Shown piece by piece: positions 24,156 to 36,804 of a DNA stretch of 64,000 nt (position 1 is its first letter; each line of letters opens with the position of its first letter). The notes under the pieces were generated by a model. That model did no database searches. It worked only from the letters and a program-made list of their open reading frames with translations, and had not been told where the DNA came from. Position numbers and translations under genes: made by a program. Origin of the DNA: Octopus vulgaris (Eukaryota); contig CATOCA020000001.1 in the NCBI GenBank assembly GCA_951406725.2, forward strand, positions 4,340,001 through 4,404,000, read 5' to 3'.

Positions 24156-24195
<40 letters not shown>

Positions 24196-24233
24196 CGGCG
24201 TACGTACACTTTGTTCTCTCTCTTTCTCTCTGT

Positions 24234-24285
<52 letters not shown>

Positions 24286-24405
24286 TATATATATATATAT
24301 ATCATATATATATATCATATATATATATATCATATATATATATATATCATATATATATATCATATATATATATATATCATATATATATATCATATATATA
24401 TATAT

Positions 24406-24453
<48 letters not shown>

Positions 24454-24640
24454 CACGCACGCACGAACACACACGGTAATTTTGCTCAGTAAGAGCGTAA
24501 TCAAAACATTCTTTATCTCCAATACAAGACGAAATCAACACCTCATATTAAGTATAAATGAGATAAAAGAAATATATTAATATGACTTGATTCAAAATGT
24601 TGTTGTTTCAACATGTAAATGCTGACGTAACATAATATAG

Positions 24641-24886
24641 CTTCAGATTGCATAGTTATTCACCTTGGCTCAAATTGCATAGTTATTCACCTTGGCTCAA
24701 ATTGCATAGTTATTCACCTTGGCTCAAATTGCATAGTTATTCACCTTGGCTCAAATTGCATAGTTATTCACCTTGGATCAGATTACATAGTTATTCATCT
24801 TTGGTCAGATGGCATAGTTATTCACCTTGGATCAAATTTTATAGTTACTCTTCTTGGCTCAGATTGCAAAGTTATTCATTAGAAAT
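24641..24886. repeat. 27-bp minisatellite (ATTGCATAGTTATTCACCTTGGCTCAA), ~9 copies decaying rightwards
   Basis: Direct inspection; produces the LHSYSPWLK pseudo-ORF. Confidence 0.9.
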
Positions 24887-24975
24887 CTAAAATTGTCCAA
24901 TAGATATTGGTTTTAAATAAAGCAGAAAAAATTCTACTTTCATTTGAAAAGAAAAACAAAAATAGCGGTGACTAA

Positions 24976-25265
24976 TCTATATATATAAAACTGAAGTTGT
25001 GTGCTGCCTGTCCCCTACGATTTAGATTCCTAACTACTCCCACATTTTGCGGTGCAGTTTAGCCAAAAGCGGGTAACTTATAGTCGTGATTCATATCGAG
25101 CCCTTCTGGGTTTTAGCGCGCGTCTACGATTTAAAAAAAAATTTACCATAATTTTTTTCCATTTTTAATGCTTTTTTTGCTATTATATAAGGGAAGTAAC
25201 TCTCTAAAAATGCTTATATAGTTATTTCCCTTACAAACCCGAGCAACGCCGGGCGATACTGCTAG
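24976..25265 (+). mobile_element. Non-autonomous Helitron
   Basis: 5' TC, 3' CTAG, subterminal hairpin CCCGAGCAACGCCGGG, inserted between A and T with no TSD; a paralogous empty site lies at ~12925. Confidence 0.88.
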
Positions 25266-25840
25266 TATCTGTATATAACACTACATCACTTTTTCAGCTA
25301 CATAGGTCTGCTTTCAGCGCTTTCTGAACTGTACTTTTCGTGTATGACGTTTTCATTATGCCTCCATAATCCGTAGAATTTATTTATCTTTGCACAATTT
25401 TGTTTAGTATTATACGTCACGTAAAGGATATTATGTTTACAAGTGTATTGAGCAAGATTACCTAAGTGAATGTATATACATATTTGCGACTGAGGTGACA
25501 GGCCGAAAATTTAATTTTCCGGTCACTTTAGAAGTTGCTTTTCATCTTGCTCCATAGACGATCTCCATAGCCTACAAAACTGACGAAAGCTATCTATGCG
25601 TACCTGTGCGTGTGATAGATAAGTACATACATACACACATAACGCATATATACATGCATACCTACATGCATGCATACGTATATGTTATGCATCTCTATGC
25701 CTGCTATTACTTTCACTCCAGTGAAAGTAATAGCCCTGACTGAGAGGGAGTGAGAGAAAGTAATAGAAATGAGAGAGGGGAAGTGGTAAAGAGTGCATCG
25801 TGTATCTTCTGTTTTTCTCCGTCAAAACATTTAAAAAGAC

Positions 25841-26158
25841 TCCGCCGGTTACGACGATGAGGGTTCCAGTTGATACGATCAACGGAACAGCCTGCTCGTA
25901 AAATTAACGTGCAAATGGCTGAGCATTCCACAGACACGTGTACCCTTAACGTAGTTCTCGGGGATAATCAGCGTGACACAGAGAGTGACAAGGCTGACCC
26001 TTTGAAATACAAGTACAACTCATTTTTGCCAGCTGAGTGGACTGGAGCAACGTGAAATAAAGTGTCTTGCTCAAGGACACAACGCGTCGCCGGGAATCGA
26101 ACTCACAACCTTACGATCATGAGCCGAATGCCCTAACCACTAAGCCACGCGCCCTCAC
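25841..26158 (-). mobile_element. tRNA-derived SINE family D (CORE-like)
   Basis: Minus-strand head GTGAGGGCGCGTGGCTTAGTGGTTAG...GAGTTCGATTCCC, then TGTGTCCTTGAGCAAGACACTT. Confidence 0.8.
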
Positions 26159-26499
26159 CCGTCAAAACATATGAATGAGATAAATAACGAAGGAAGGGGG
26201 TGAAAAAAATCGGCATTTCAACTGTTTGATTATATGTGTTTGTGCATGTACAAGGGGAGTATGCGAATGTATGTGAACATTGACAAGGGTATTAATCTTA
26301 TTTAGAATACTCTTGTGTATTTCTCTGTCACAACATATGAATGAGAAAGGAAGGGGTGACAGATAAATAAGGAAGAAGTGACGGCAACAAAGGAATTCAA
26401 TCACTACTACCATCCACAACAAATCGCTTTCAGGGCACTTGACCATTTAACATCCTACTACTGTCATAGCACTCTCGCATTCTTTTTCTTCTTTTTCTT

Positions 26500-26935
26500 T
26501 TTCTTCTTCTTCTCTGCCAAGAATTCATAATGACCTCGAACCCACAAGAGTAAACAAGAGAGACAGAGACAGGCAGAAACAAGGAAAATGCCTATTGTAT
26601 TTGAATACTATGCAAATATTCTTTTAAAAAAACTTTTCTTTTAATTTTTTCCAAAATTTAATTGTTTTCACGCTTACAGTTGAAGAAGTTTCAATGACCG
26701 AAACCGGTACTGTTTTTTATAAAATTATTTTAGCATTTTCTATCTTGACCTTTTTTCCGTATATATATATATAGGGAGAGTTTACGAAAAAGACGAAGAC
26801 AGGTGGTGTACAAAACAAACAGATGTATTAGTATAATGCTCAGGAATAGAAAAAGTCTTTTACGTTTCGAGCCTACGCTCTTATACAGAAAGGGACACAG
26901 AAAAAACAAGGAGAGAAAAAAATGTGTAGTGGCTC
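26500..26935. mobile_element. Two Penelope-like pLTR relics in opposite orientation, each with a degenerate minimal hammerhead (26676-26713 +; 26857-26892 -)
   Basis: The first is homologous to 1445-1690 (ACAG-TTGAAGA...GACC-GAAA-CCGG-TA-CTGT). The second reads CTTT-CTGTATA-A-GAGC(gtag)GCTC-GAAA-CG-TA-AAAG on the minus strand. Both are flanked by (TA)n. Confidence 0.6.
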
Positions 26936-26945
26936 TATACATATA

Positions 26946-27336
26946 TCTTTATATATAAAAGAGAAGTTGTGTGTCTGTCTCCTACGATTTAGATTCCTAA
27001 CTACTCCTACATTTTGCGGTGCAGTTTAACCAAAACCGGGTATCTTATAGTCGTGATTCATATCGAGCCCTTCTGGGTATTAGCGTGCGTCTACGATGAG
27101 TCTACGATTTTAAAAAATTTACCATTTTTTCCATTTTAATGCATTTTTTCGCTATTATATAAGGGAAGTAACTCTCTAAAAATGTCTACGATGAGTCAAC
27201 GATTTAAAAAAAACTTACCATCATTTGTTTTCCATTTTTAATGCATTTTTTTGCTATTTTTTGGCTATAACTCTCTAAAAATGCTTATATAGTTATTTCC
27301 CTTACAAACCCGAGCAACGCCGAGCGATACTGCTAG
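26946..27336 (+). mobile_element. Non-autonomous Helitron, same family as 24976, with an internal duplication
   Basis: TC...CTAG ends, the same hairpin, inserted in (TA)n. Confidence 0.88.
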
Positions 27337-28597
27337 TATATATATATATATATATAACAATTGCAGATGCAGCAAGGAATTTTGTCAGCGAACAGGTCGT
27401 GGTCTGAAAGCAATGAAAATATTTTGGCAAATTAAATTTAAATGTTGAAGCGAATCTAACGGTTTTCGTGTGTTTTTAAATGGCTTATAAACACCTCCCA
27501 CGCTGCAATTGTTTTTATTTCAGCGCACGATCTCAGATCAGGTCACTTGCTATGCAAGTACATCTACATACATACATACACATAGTGAAAGTAATAATAG
27601 TAAAAGAATAAAAGTGAATCTATAACTGTTACTCCGTCGAAGGATTCACTTTTATTCTTCGAGTTTTGAGACGTGATACGGAACCAGTGCCAATGTTGTG
27701 TTTTAATCGAAAAAAGTTACATGTTGACACTCCTGAGGTGTGATAGTATTAGCATGTAAAATTTGGTTTGATTTGGTTGAGCCGTTTCAGAATGAATTGG
27801 GAACAGACAAATATACAAAGGGTTTTATATATATAGATTATATATTTATTATTATTTGGTTGTTATTTTTTACCCTTATACTATATTTTTATTTTTTAAT
27901 ATTTTTTTTTAATTATTGGCATATACATACACAGAATAAATATATATTTCTTAATTTTCTTAGACTAAATCCAATCCATCAACATGTAACCCTTTCTATT
28001 GTACTCTAGCCCTGATAATATTCTTGCCAATATTATTCAAAATGCTATTTTATTCTAATCTTTAGATTTATTTCAATCTTTGAATTTGCAACTATATATT
28101 GGACTGAATTGAAACGTTCGTAGGCTTTATTTGGCAGTATGTTAATAAACTAATTTTATATCTTTACTAACTCTACATTATTCTTCTTTAATCATACTGA
28201 TACACACACACGCGCATACACATACACTCACACACACACACACACACACGAAATGAAATAAGGAATAGAAATAACCCGGAATGACTAACGTTATTTTGTT
28301 AATTTCAGCAACTGTGAAAGACTATTTCAAGCATGTTCCAGTCTTATCAAGATCTCTTCAGTTAATCACTGACTTCTGCAAACTTAACGAGGTAGCAATG
28401 AAGGTGTTCTTAAGTAGATGTGTCCCTACCATCTTTAAAAAAAAGAGAGCGTTAAATCATGTATGGTCATGGCTTCCTTGCTCATAGGGAAAATACGGCT
28501 ACGTCTTTTATTGTAGGTTTATTCGATTAGGACTGACCTAGGGTCAAACAACAAACAAAAACAATAGTAACAACATCAACAACAACCGTTTACTCAC

Positions 28598-28819
28598 CTT
28601 CGGTAGTTCCTGTAGCTCGATTTGTGTTGCAAGTATATTCATTTGAACTTAGACAACTTTGCGCATCGGGATTAAAAAGAAACCCAAGAGGACAAGCCAT
28701 GCGAAGAGGTACGAAGTCGTTGCACCAGATATAGGTCTGACAAGTACTGAGGAGCGGGTCTGCAAAATAACCCTGTGCCACCGGGCACGGTGCTTGACTT
28801 GTGATTGCTGATATCGAAA
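28598..28819 (-). CDS. Chitin-binding protein gene, exon 2: CBM14/peritrophin-A (ChtBD2) domain
   Basis: Acceptor TTTTCATCCTACCAG, donor G|GTGAGT, 222 bp, phase 1-1; CPVAQGYFADPLLSTCQTYIWCNDFVPLRMACPLGFLFNPDAQSCLSSNEYTC has six Cys and the typical aromatic residues. Confidence 0.92.
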
Positions 28820-29854
28820 CTGGTAGGATGAAAATGTAAAAGAAAAATAGTTTTAATCGATTGAGAAAGTTTTTTTTTTTTTGGTTTGTGGTTTCGATTG
28901 AGAGGGAAATAAAAGAAGGGACGGAGTTTTTCTAGCGGTGTCATATGAAATTGTCACCCATAATTATGACCCTAGTATCGATCTATTGCATTTCAATCTG
29001 TTTTAGGGGTAGGGGAAGGGTATCTTTTTTTTCTTCAGAAATGTAAATAAACTTGTTCATGATGGCAGAAACGATTACATATTCTAAGAAACGAGGCGGC
29101 GAGCTGGGCGAGTGGTTAGCCCACCTGACAAAATATTTCGTGGTACAAAATGTTTCGTCCAAATCATTACGTTCTAAGTTCAAATTCCACAAAAAAAAAA
29201 TAGCACAAGTGTGGAACGAAGAGGGAGAGGTTAAGTTCTAGCAGTGTAAGTAATGAAAAAAAAGGAAAAAATAAGGTGTGACCGAGTGGTGTAAGAGGAA
29301 CGAGAGGAATGTGATGGCAAGAATCTTGAGAGCAACGAAAAATCTAACCTAAAAGCTTTATAAAAGAATAGGTTTAAAGAACTGAATTTTTAGGGTGTAA
29401 GCAACAGCAAACGTTTAAAAATGAAGACAAAACATCATTGGATGATGACTAGATCTTTTAAGTGTCAACTATATACCTATTTCTTTACTACCCACAAGGG
29501 GCTAAACACAGTGCGTAACTGGTACTTAATTTATCGATCCCGAAAGGATGAAGGGCAAAGTCGACCTCGGCGGAATTTGAACTCAGAACGTAGCGGCAGA
29601 CGAAATACCTATTTCTTTACTACCCACAAGGGGCTAAACATAGAGAGGACAAACAAGGACAGACATAGGTATTAAGACGATTACATCGACCCCAGTGCAG
29701 ATCTATTTCTAGCATAAGGGTATCCACATAGTGGTTTCCCTCTAATATGTATATAATACAATTTTACTGAACCTTCAGTTTTTGTATATGCTAGACCACT
29801 TGTGTGAAATCGATGTTAATTAAATTAATATCTAATTTCTCACCCTCATTTTAA

Positions 29855-29885
<31 letters not shown>

Positions 29886-30540
29886 TAAAAAAAGGAGATG
29901 TCGAACACGAGTGGTGATATATAAAAAAGGAAATGAAGAAAATGCTGACAAATAATTGAAGTAATTTAAGTAATTTAATTAGGTGAAAGTTCTTTTTAAC
30001 GGTTGCGCATTTGTTATGCTTATCAAAATATAAAAGAGAGATTAGAGTCTGTCTCTTATATGTGAAAAAAAGAGGCTCCAGAGTTGTTTTGGATTTGCTT
30101 GGTTTCGCGCCTAAAATTTTGATTGGTCATTATGAAGGGGTCACGTGAATGTTTGAATGGAAGTTGGTGTTGGGGTAAGAAAAAAGGCTCCAGAGAAGTT
30201 AAAATTTGGCTAGTGTCCCGCCTAAAATTTCTTATTGGCCATAATAAAGAGCCGTAGTACTCCTGCGCCTATATATATGTGTGTGTGTGTGTGTCTGTTA
30301 AAGAAATATTAGGAGTATATATATATATATACATACATACACACAGTATTTTTATCCAAACTTGAACACCGCTTTTTCTTAATATATAAAAAAAATCTGT
30401 ATACCACTTGAAACAATCTTTACGTGTGTATGTGTGTGTGTGTGTGTGTAGTCAAATAGAATATTAAAAATAAGAAATAACAAAGCAAAGACGTACACAT
30501 GGAATACTGGAATACATACATACATACATACATACATACA

Positions 30541-30574
<34 letters not shown>

Positions 30575-31264
30575 CATACTTATGAGTTTGTCTATGTATG
30601 TACACACATGTTTAAATACGACTAGGTATATCTAATATGTTAGATTATGTCGTTTAACATAATAGTGTTGTTGTCGTTCAACTCCAAGTTTCCTCTTGAT
30701 CTAGAAGACAACGAACAAAGAAATCTCAATCATTATCTTCCGTCTTGTTTCCTTGTTTCTTTTGGTAGGTCGGAGGAAGGGGCGGTGTCTCATAATATAG
30801 GGCAACATTAAGGGCGGCGAGCTGGCCAGAAACGTTAGCATGCCGGGCGAAATGCTTAGCGGTATTTCGTCTGTCTTTACGTACTGAATTCAAATTCCGC
30901 CGAGGTCGACTTTGCCTTTCATCCTTTCGGGGTCGATTAACTAAGTACCAGTTACGCACTGGGGTCGATATAATCGACTTAATCCGTTTGTCTGTCCTTG
31001 TTTGTCCTCTCTGTTTAGCCCCTTGTGGGTAGTAAAGAAATAGGTATTTCGTCTGTCTTTACATACTTGAGTTTAAATTCGGCCGAGGTCGACTTTGCCT
31101 TTCATCCTTTCGGGATCGATAAACTAAGTAACAGTTTCGTACTGGGGTCGATCTAATCGACTGGCCCTCCCCTCCCCAAAAATTTCGGGCTTTGTGTCTA
31201 GAGTAGAAAAGAATATAGGGCAGCATTAAACTATCCTTCTTGAAACTTTTAAGATTGTAAAGTA

Positions 31265-31788
31265 CCGTAAATCTTCGATTATAGTCCGCCCTTGAGTATA
31301 ATACGCAGGGGATTTTTAGGGGGCCTATACATCTGAAAAACCTAAACCCTGTGTATAATATGCACCACTTCTCTAACTTGAGTCGTGCGTAATTAAGCCA
31401 GCAGCACCTAGTCAAACAAACACTTCCGCGCATGCGTAATACAATCATGGTGATGTTCTCAACTGTTATATGGGAATGTAAATATGTTTGCGAATTATTT
31501 TTGATAGATGTTATTCTGCGTTCTGAATACTTTTTATTTTAATAAATGTTGCTTACTGCAAGTTATGGATGATTCCTTTATGACTTCCTTGCTTTCAGGC
31601 TTAGCTTAAGGTATTTTCGCGCCCGACATCACAAAATGCGTCTGAATAAACATAACCGGATTGCAAATAAAGACTCGGACATTGCTTAGAAAATATTTTT
31701 CATTTTTAACCTCGTATATAGTACGCAATAAGGATATTGACCTTTAAATTTTGGGAGGAAAATGCGGATTATACTCGAGTATTTACGG
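31265..31788. mobile_element. Tc1/mariner-superfamily (pogo/Tc2-like) MITE; internally deleted copy at 38668-38831
   Basis: TA TSD; TIRs CCGTAAATCTTCGATTATAGTCCGC / GCGGATTATACTCGAGTATTTACGG. Confidence 0.85.
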
Positions 31789-31944
31789 TATGATCTGCGG
31801 AAAATATTTACTATTTCTAGCAGGTGTACACAACTGGTAACTGGAATAAAATGAAAAACAATAGACGCAAGGATTATATTTTTCTATTAGTGAAAGTTGC
31901 ATAGAAAAAGAAAAAAAAACAAGATGAAAATCAAATATACCTAC

Positions 31945-31981
31945 CCAACATAATATTAATAAAAAGAAGAAATTTTACCAT
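31945..31981 (-). CDS. Chitin-binding protein gene, exon 1 (signal peptide)
   Basis: ATG at 31981; MVKFLLFINIML then G|GTAGGT, a phase-1 donor. Splicing to exon 2 gives MVKFLLFINIMLVSISAITSQAPCP, a hydrophobic signal peptide. Total 37+222+194 = 453 nt = 150 aa plus stop. Confidence 0.75.
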
Positions 31982-33491
31982 GATCTGAACTCCGTTATAT
32001 CCTTATGAACTTTATTTTCTCAACTGTGAATCTCATCCGGTAGAAACCGATATTTAAACTGATTCCGGTAATGACATTCTTGTCAAAAGTTCAAAGAGTT
32101 CCACAGTAGATGTTTGTTTGCACCGCTGAGCGATTTATTAGTCAAAGATTACCGTCTTTAGTCGCACACATTCCAGAATTCAAAGTGCAATCCAATAACT
32201 CTGCCATCACGTTTTACATGCCAAATTATTGTGCTAAAAGATTTAGGCCGGCAAATTTATGATGTAACATTGCATGCGAAGTTTAAGAAAAAGGCACGAA
32301 GTTATTAATTTTGCTATATTTTAAATGCATACTTAACCACAAGTCAATAGCTATCGGTAGGAGTAATGTTTGGCGGAATGGAGGTATGTGATCAAGGAAC
32401 GTTTATTTGTTTGTTTAACAGATTTCAAAGAAAACTTATCGATACAGACCACTTTAAAAAAAATTTTTAACGAAAAACTGAGGCCGGTGAAACAGCAACA
32501 AACAGAGTGTATTAGTTTGCCGTTCAAGAAAAATTGAAGAAGTATGTGACGTGTCGAGACTATGCTCTTCTACAAAAATTATTAAGGAGAGAATATTGCG
32601 CGTGCACGCGTGAGTGTGTGTATACACGTACATGTATAGTATACAAAAATAACAATATTTCTTCGTGCAAACTTCAACAGAATACTTAATAAAGATATAT
32701 TCAGTTTTAGAGAGGGGGGTTACGTTCCTAGAGCAACCGCGAATATTGGACGTGGTCCACAAAAATATCAATAATGTCAAGATGTCAAGACATAATGTAA
32801 ATGAATATATATATATATATTGGTACTGTATTATCTGAAACTTTATATTGGTTTATTAATGTCCAATGAAAGTGCACATATATATTGAATATTCTATTGG
32901 ATGATAGGTCATGTTCCTCTAGTTTCCCGCTGGTATTGCCTCCATTGAAATCATAAATTGGAAATTAGCTCAATTAGAGCACTTTAAGTCTAGCCTGTTT
33001 CTGGGTATTGTTAAAGTTAACAATCTCTACTTAAAATTGTATAATTTATATATATATATACTCTCTTTACTCTTTTACTTGTTTCAGTCATTTGACTGCG
33101 GCCATGCTGGAGCACCGCCTTTAGTCGAGCAAATCGACCCCAGGACTTATTCTTTGTAAGCCTAGTACTTATTCTATCGGTTCTTTTGCCGAACCGCTAA
33201 GTTACGGGGACATGAACACACCAGCATCGGTTGTCAAGCGATGTTGGGAGGACAAAGACAGACACACAAACACACACACAAACACACACACATATGTATA
33301 TATATATACATGTATGTATATACATATGCACGACAGGCTTCTTTCAGTTTCCGTCTACCAAATTCATTCACAAGGCTTTGGTCGGCCCGAGGCTATAGTA
33401 GAAGACACTTGCCTAAAGTGCCACGCAGTGGGACTGAACCCGGAACCATGTGGTTGGTAAGCAAGCTACTTACCTCACAGCCACTCCTGCG

Positions 33492-33558
<67 letters not shown>

Positions 33559-33689
33559 ATATTTAATAATAATTTAATAGAAAATAAAGTAAAATGTCCG
33601 GTTACTCATCAATAATGAATTATATTGATTTAAGACGACGATGATGATGATGAAAATAATGAAGGTAATGACTGCAAAATCTAAAGCTC

Positions 33690-34445
33690 TTCAGGTGACG
33701 CCTCTTCTTCATGTGTTTTAGGGAATGTCGCATCTTTGTGCAAAGCTTCCTTGACAGGCTTGAGGAACATTATGACGGGAAGTTGTTGTCATTGTTTCTT
33801 CATGGTGGTGAGGAGAGTTTTATATGTTTGCGTGGCAGCATCGATGGCATCTTTAAATTGGAGAGACCGAACCGTATAGGGATTCCATGCTTCCGCCTTA
33901 TCTTGCAATTCCTTTACTGTCCTTAAAAGGCCGGTTAGACGTTCGATTCTCAGGTCCACCACCACCTCCTCTTCCTCTGGATCTGGCGCTTCGCTGGCAG
34001 ACTTAGTTAATTCCAACAAATCTTCGTCTGTCAGCGTTTCAGAGTGGGCATCGATGAGATTGTTGACCTCATCTTGCGGGATATCATCAAAACATTCACC
34101 TCCAAGTACCTTTGCCAGTTTGGCCGCATTGTTGACAGCCTCGTGCTGAATATCTTCAGGTGAGAAGTCCGCGTAGTCCTGGACACACTCTGTCCACACC
34201 TTCTTCTAGCATGCGATGTGGGTTTCTTTTTTCATGTCTTTAAAAGCAGCATGTATGACTGACAAGTACGTTGCGATCGGGAAGTTACGCCAGTACTCCT
34301 TCAACTTGAAATTCTCGTCCAAATCTATTGCGTCCACAACGTGTTGGAGGGAGTTCCGAGTATAAAGTGCTTTGAAGGAACGGATCACGCCTTGATCCAT
34401 AGGCTGGATGGGGATGCGGTGTTAGCAAGGAGCATCCAGTGAACA
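33690..34445 (-). pseudogene. Pogo/Tigger-like DDE transposase, C-terminal fragment
   Basis: QPMDQGVIRSFKALYTR...EYWRNF and IDAHSETLTDEDLLEL; broken by a stop and truncated by a SINE A multimer. Confidence 0.85.
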
Positions 34446-35434
34446 GGCTGGCAGAAACGTTAGCACGCCGGGCGAAATGCTTAGCGGTATTTCGTCTGTC
34501 GCTACGTTCTGAGTTCAAATTCCGCCGAGGTCGACTTTGCCTTTCATCCTTTCGGGGTCGATTAAATAAGTACCAGTTACGCACTGGGGTCGATATTATC
34601 GACTTAATCCGTTTGTCTGTCCTCGTTTGTCCCCTCTGTGTTTAGCCCCTTCTGGGTAGTAAAGAAATAGGTATTTCGTCTGCCGTTACGTTCTGAGTTC
34701 GAATTCCGCCGAGGTCGACTTTGCCTTTCATCCTTTCGGGATCGATTAAATAAGTACCAGTTACGCACTGGGGTCGATATTATCGACTTAATCCGTTTGT
34801 CTGTCCTCGTTTGTCCCCTCTGTGTTTAGCCCCTTCTGGGTAGTAAAGAAATAGGTATTTCGTCTGCCGCTACGTTCTGAGTTCAAATTCCGCCGAAGTC
34901 GACTTTGCCTTTCATCCTTTCGGGTAGTAAAGAAATATATATAGAGAGAGATAACATCTTGCTTGTGATTACTTGTTGCACCATTGACAGAGGTTTTACA
35001 GTTGATATCAACCATTACTGACCATCACTTGCAGTATAAAATGTAATTATTGAACGAATACTGAAAAAGAGAAAAGAATGTTTAACTATTCTGTTATTCC
35101 ATACTCATATTTTACATTTTATAGATGAATTTTATTCCGAATATATTTTAAATATATATTTTTTTCTCTCTACGCAGAAAAATTAATGTTTTCGTTGATA
35201 AAACGAAGAAATGTCTTAGAATTCTCCGCGAATTTTCTGAGATCCCCACAAAACAGACAGCAACTAATAGGTAAAGAACAGAGTGGCTGTGTGGTAAGTA
35301 GCTTGCTTACCAACCACATGGTTCCGGGTTCAGTCCCACTGTGTGGCACCTTGGGCAAGTGTCTTCTGATATAGCATCGGACCGACCAAAGCCTTGTGAG
35401 TGGATTTGGTAGACGGAAACTGAAAGAAGCCCTC

Positions 35435-35703
<269 letters not shown>

Positions 35704-36443
35704 AATGGCTGTGTGGTAAGAAGTTTGCTTCCCAACCACATGGTTTTGGGTTCAGTCCTACTGAGTGGCATCTTGAGCAAGTGTCTTCTCCTATAGCCTC
35801 AGGCCAACCAAAGCCTTATGAGTGGATTTGGTGGATGAAAACGGAAGGAAGCCCGTCGTATATATATGTGTGTGTGTGTGGTTTCTTTGTGTCTGTGTTT
35901 GTCCCCACCACTGCTTGATAACCGGTGGTGGTGTATGTCCCCATAGCTAGCAGTTTGGCAAAAGACACCGATAAAGTGCCAGGCTTTAAAAAAAGATAAG
36001 TACAGGGGTCAATTCATTGGACTGAAAATTTTTCAAGGCGATGCCCCAGCATGGCCGTAATCTAATTACTGAAACAAGTAAAAGAATAAAAGATAAATAA
36101 TAACGCTGTTGAATTTCTTACTAAAATTATTAATGCTGGGTGGTCAGCTACAAAGCACGTCTCTGCTTGTCTGAATGTCGTCGTAGAGGATTTCCTGTTC
36201 AAAGTGTTATATATATCTTTTACTTGTTGTTTCTTTTATTTTTATATCTTTTTTGTACTTAGAAATGTCTGGACAAATGGTGAGAGAAGTAAATAGGTGC
36301 ATATACGGAGATGTGGACCAGAAGTTCGCTTCGTCGTTAATAAGAATCGGGTTTTATCGTGCAGCGTGGCTCTTTCATTTTCCAGAGATGTAGAGTTTGT
36401 GTGAGTGAGTGTGTATGTGCGCATGTGCATGTGCTTATCCATG

Positions 36444-36498
<55 letters not shown>

Positions 36499-36804
36499 TT
36501 ATCCATGTTTGTGTGCTTGTGTGTGTACGTGTAAATCGATCCTTGAGTTTCACACTTCCCTTTCACTTTTGTCGTTACTTCAGATTAACAAAAATGGAGT
36601 GAAATGTTGAACTTGAGGATCGACTATGCCTGAAAGGCTCTCTGAATAGCATGCCTAACAAACAAATAAAAAATGTACTTTGAAACTTTCTTTTTTAGTA
36701 ATGCTGCCCACCAGATGAGGAACCATGACTCATGTCATCTGCTTCTCGAAAAAGGTTCCCATGCCCATAGGCGCAGGAGTGGCTGTGTGGTAAGTAGCTC
36801 GCTT

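Noticed and set aside
24648-24890. Regular short repeat resembling a CRISPR array or repeat protein
   Set aside because: Contiguous 27-bp tandem units with no unique spacers; an ordinary minisatellite in eukaryotic DNA.
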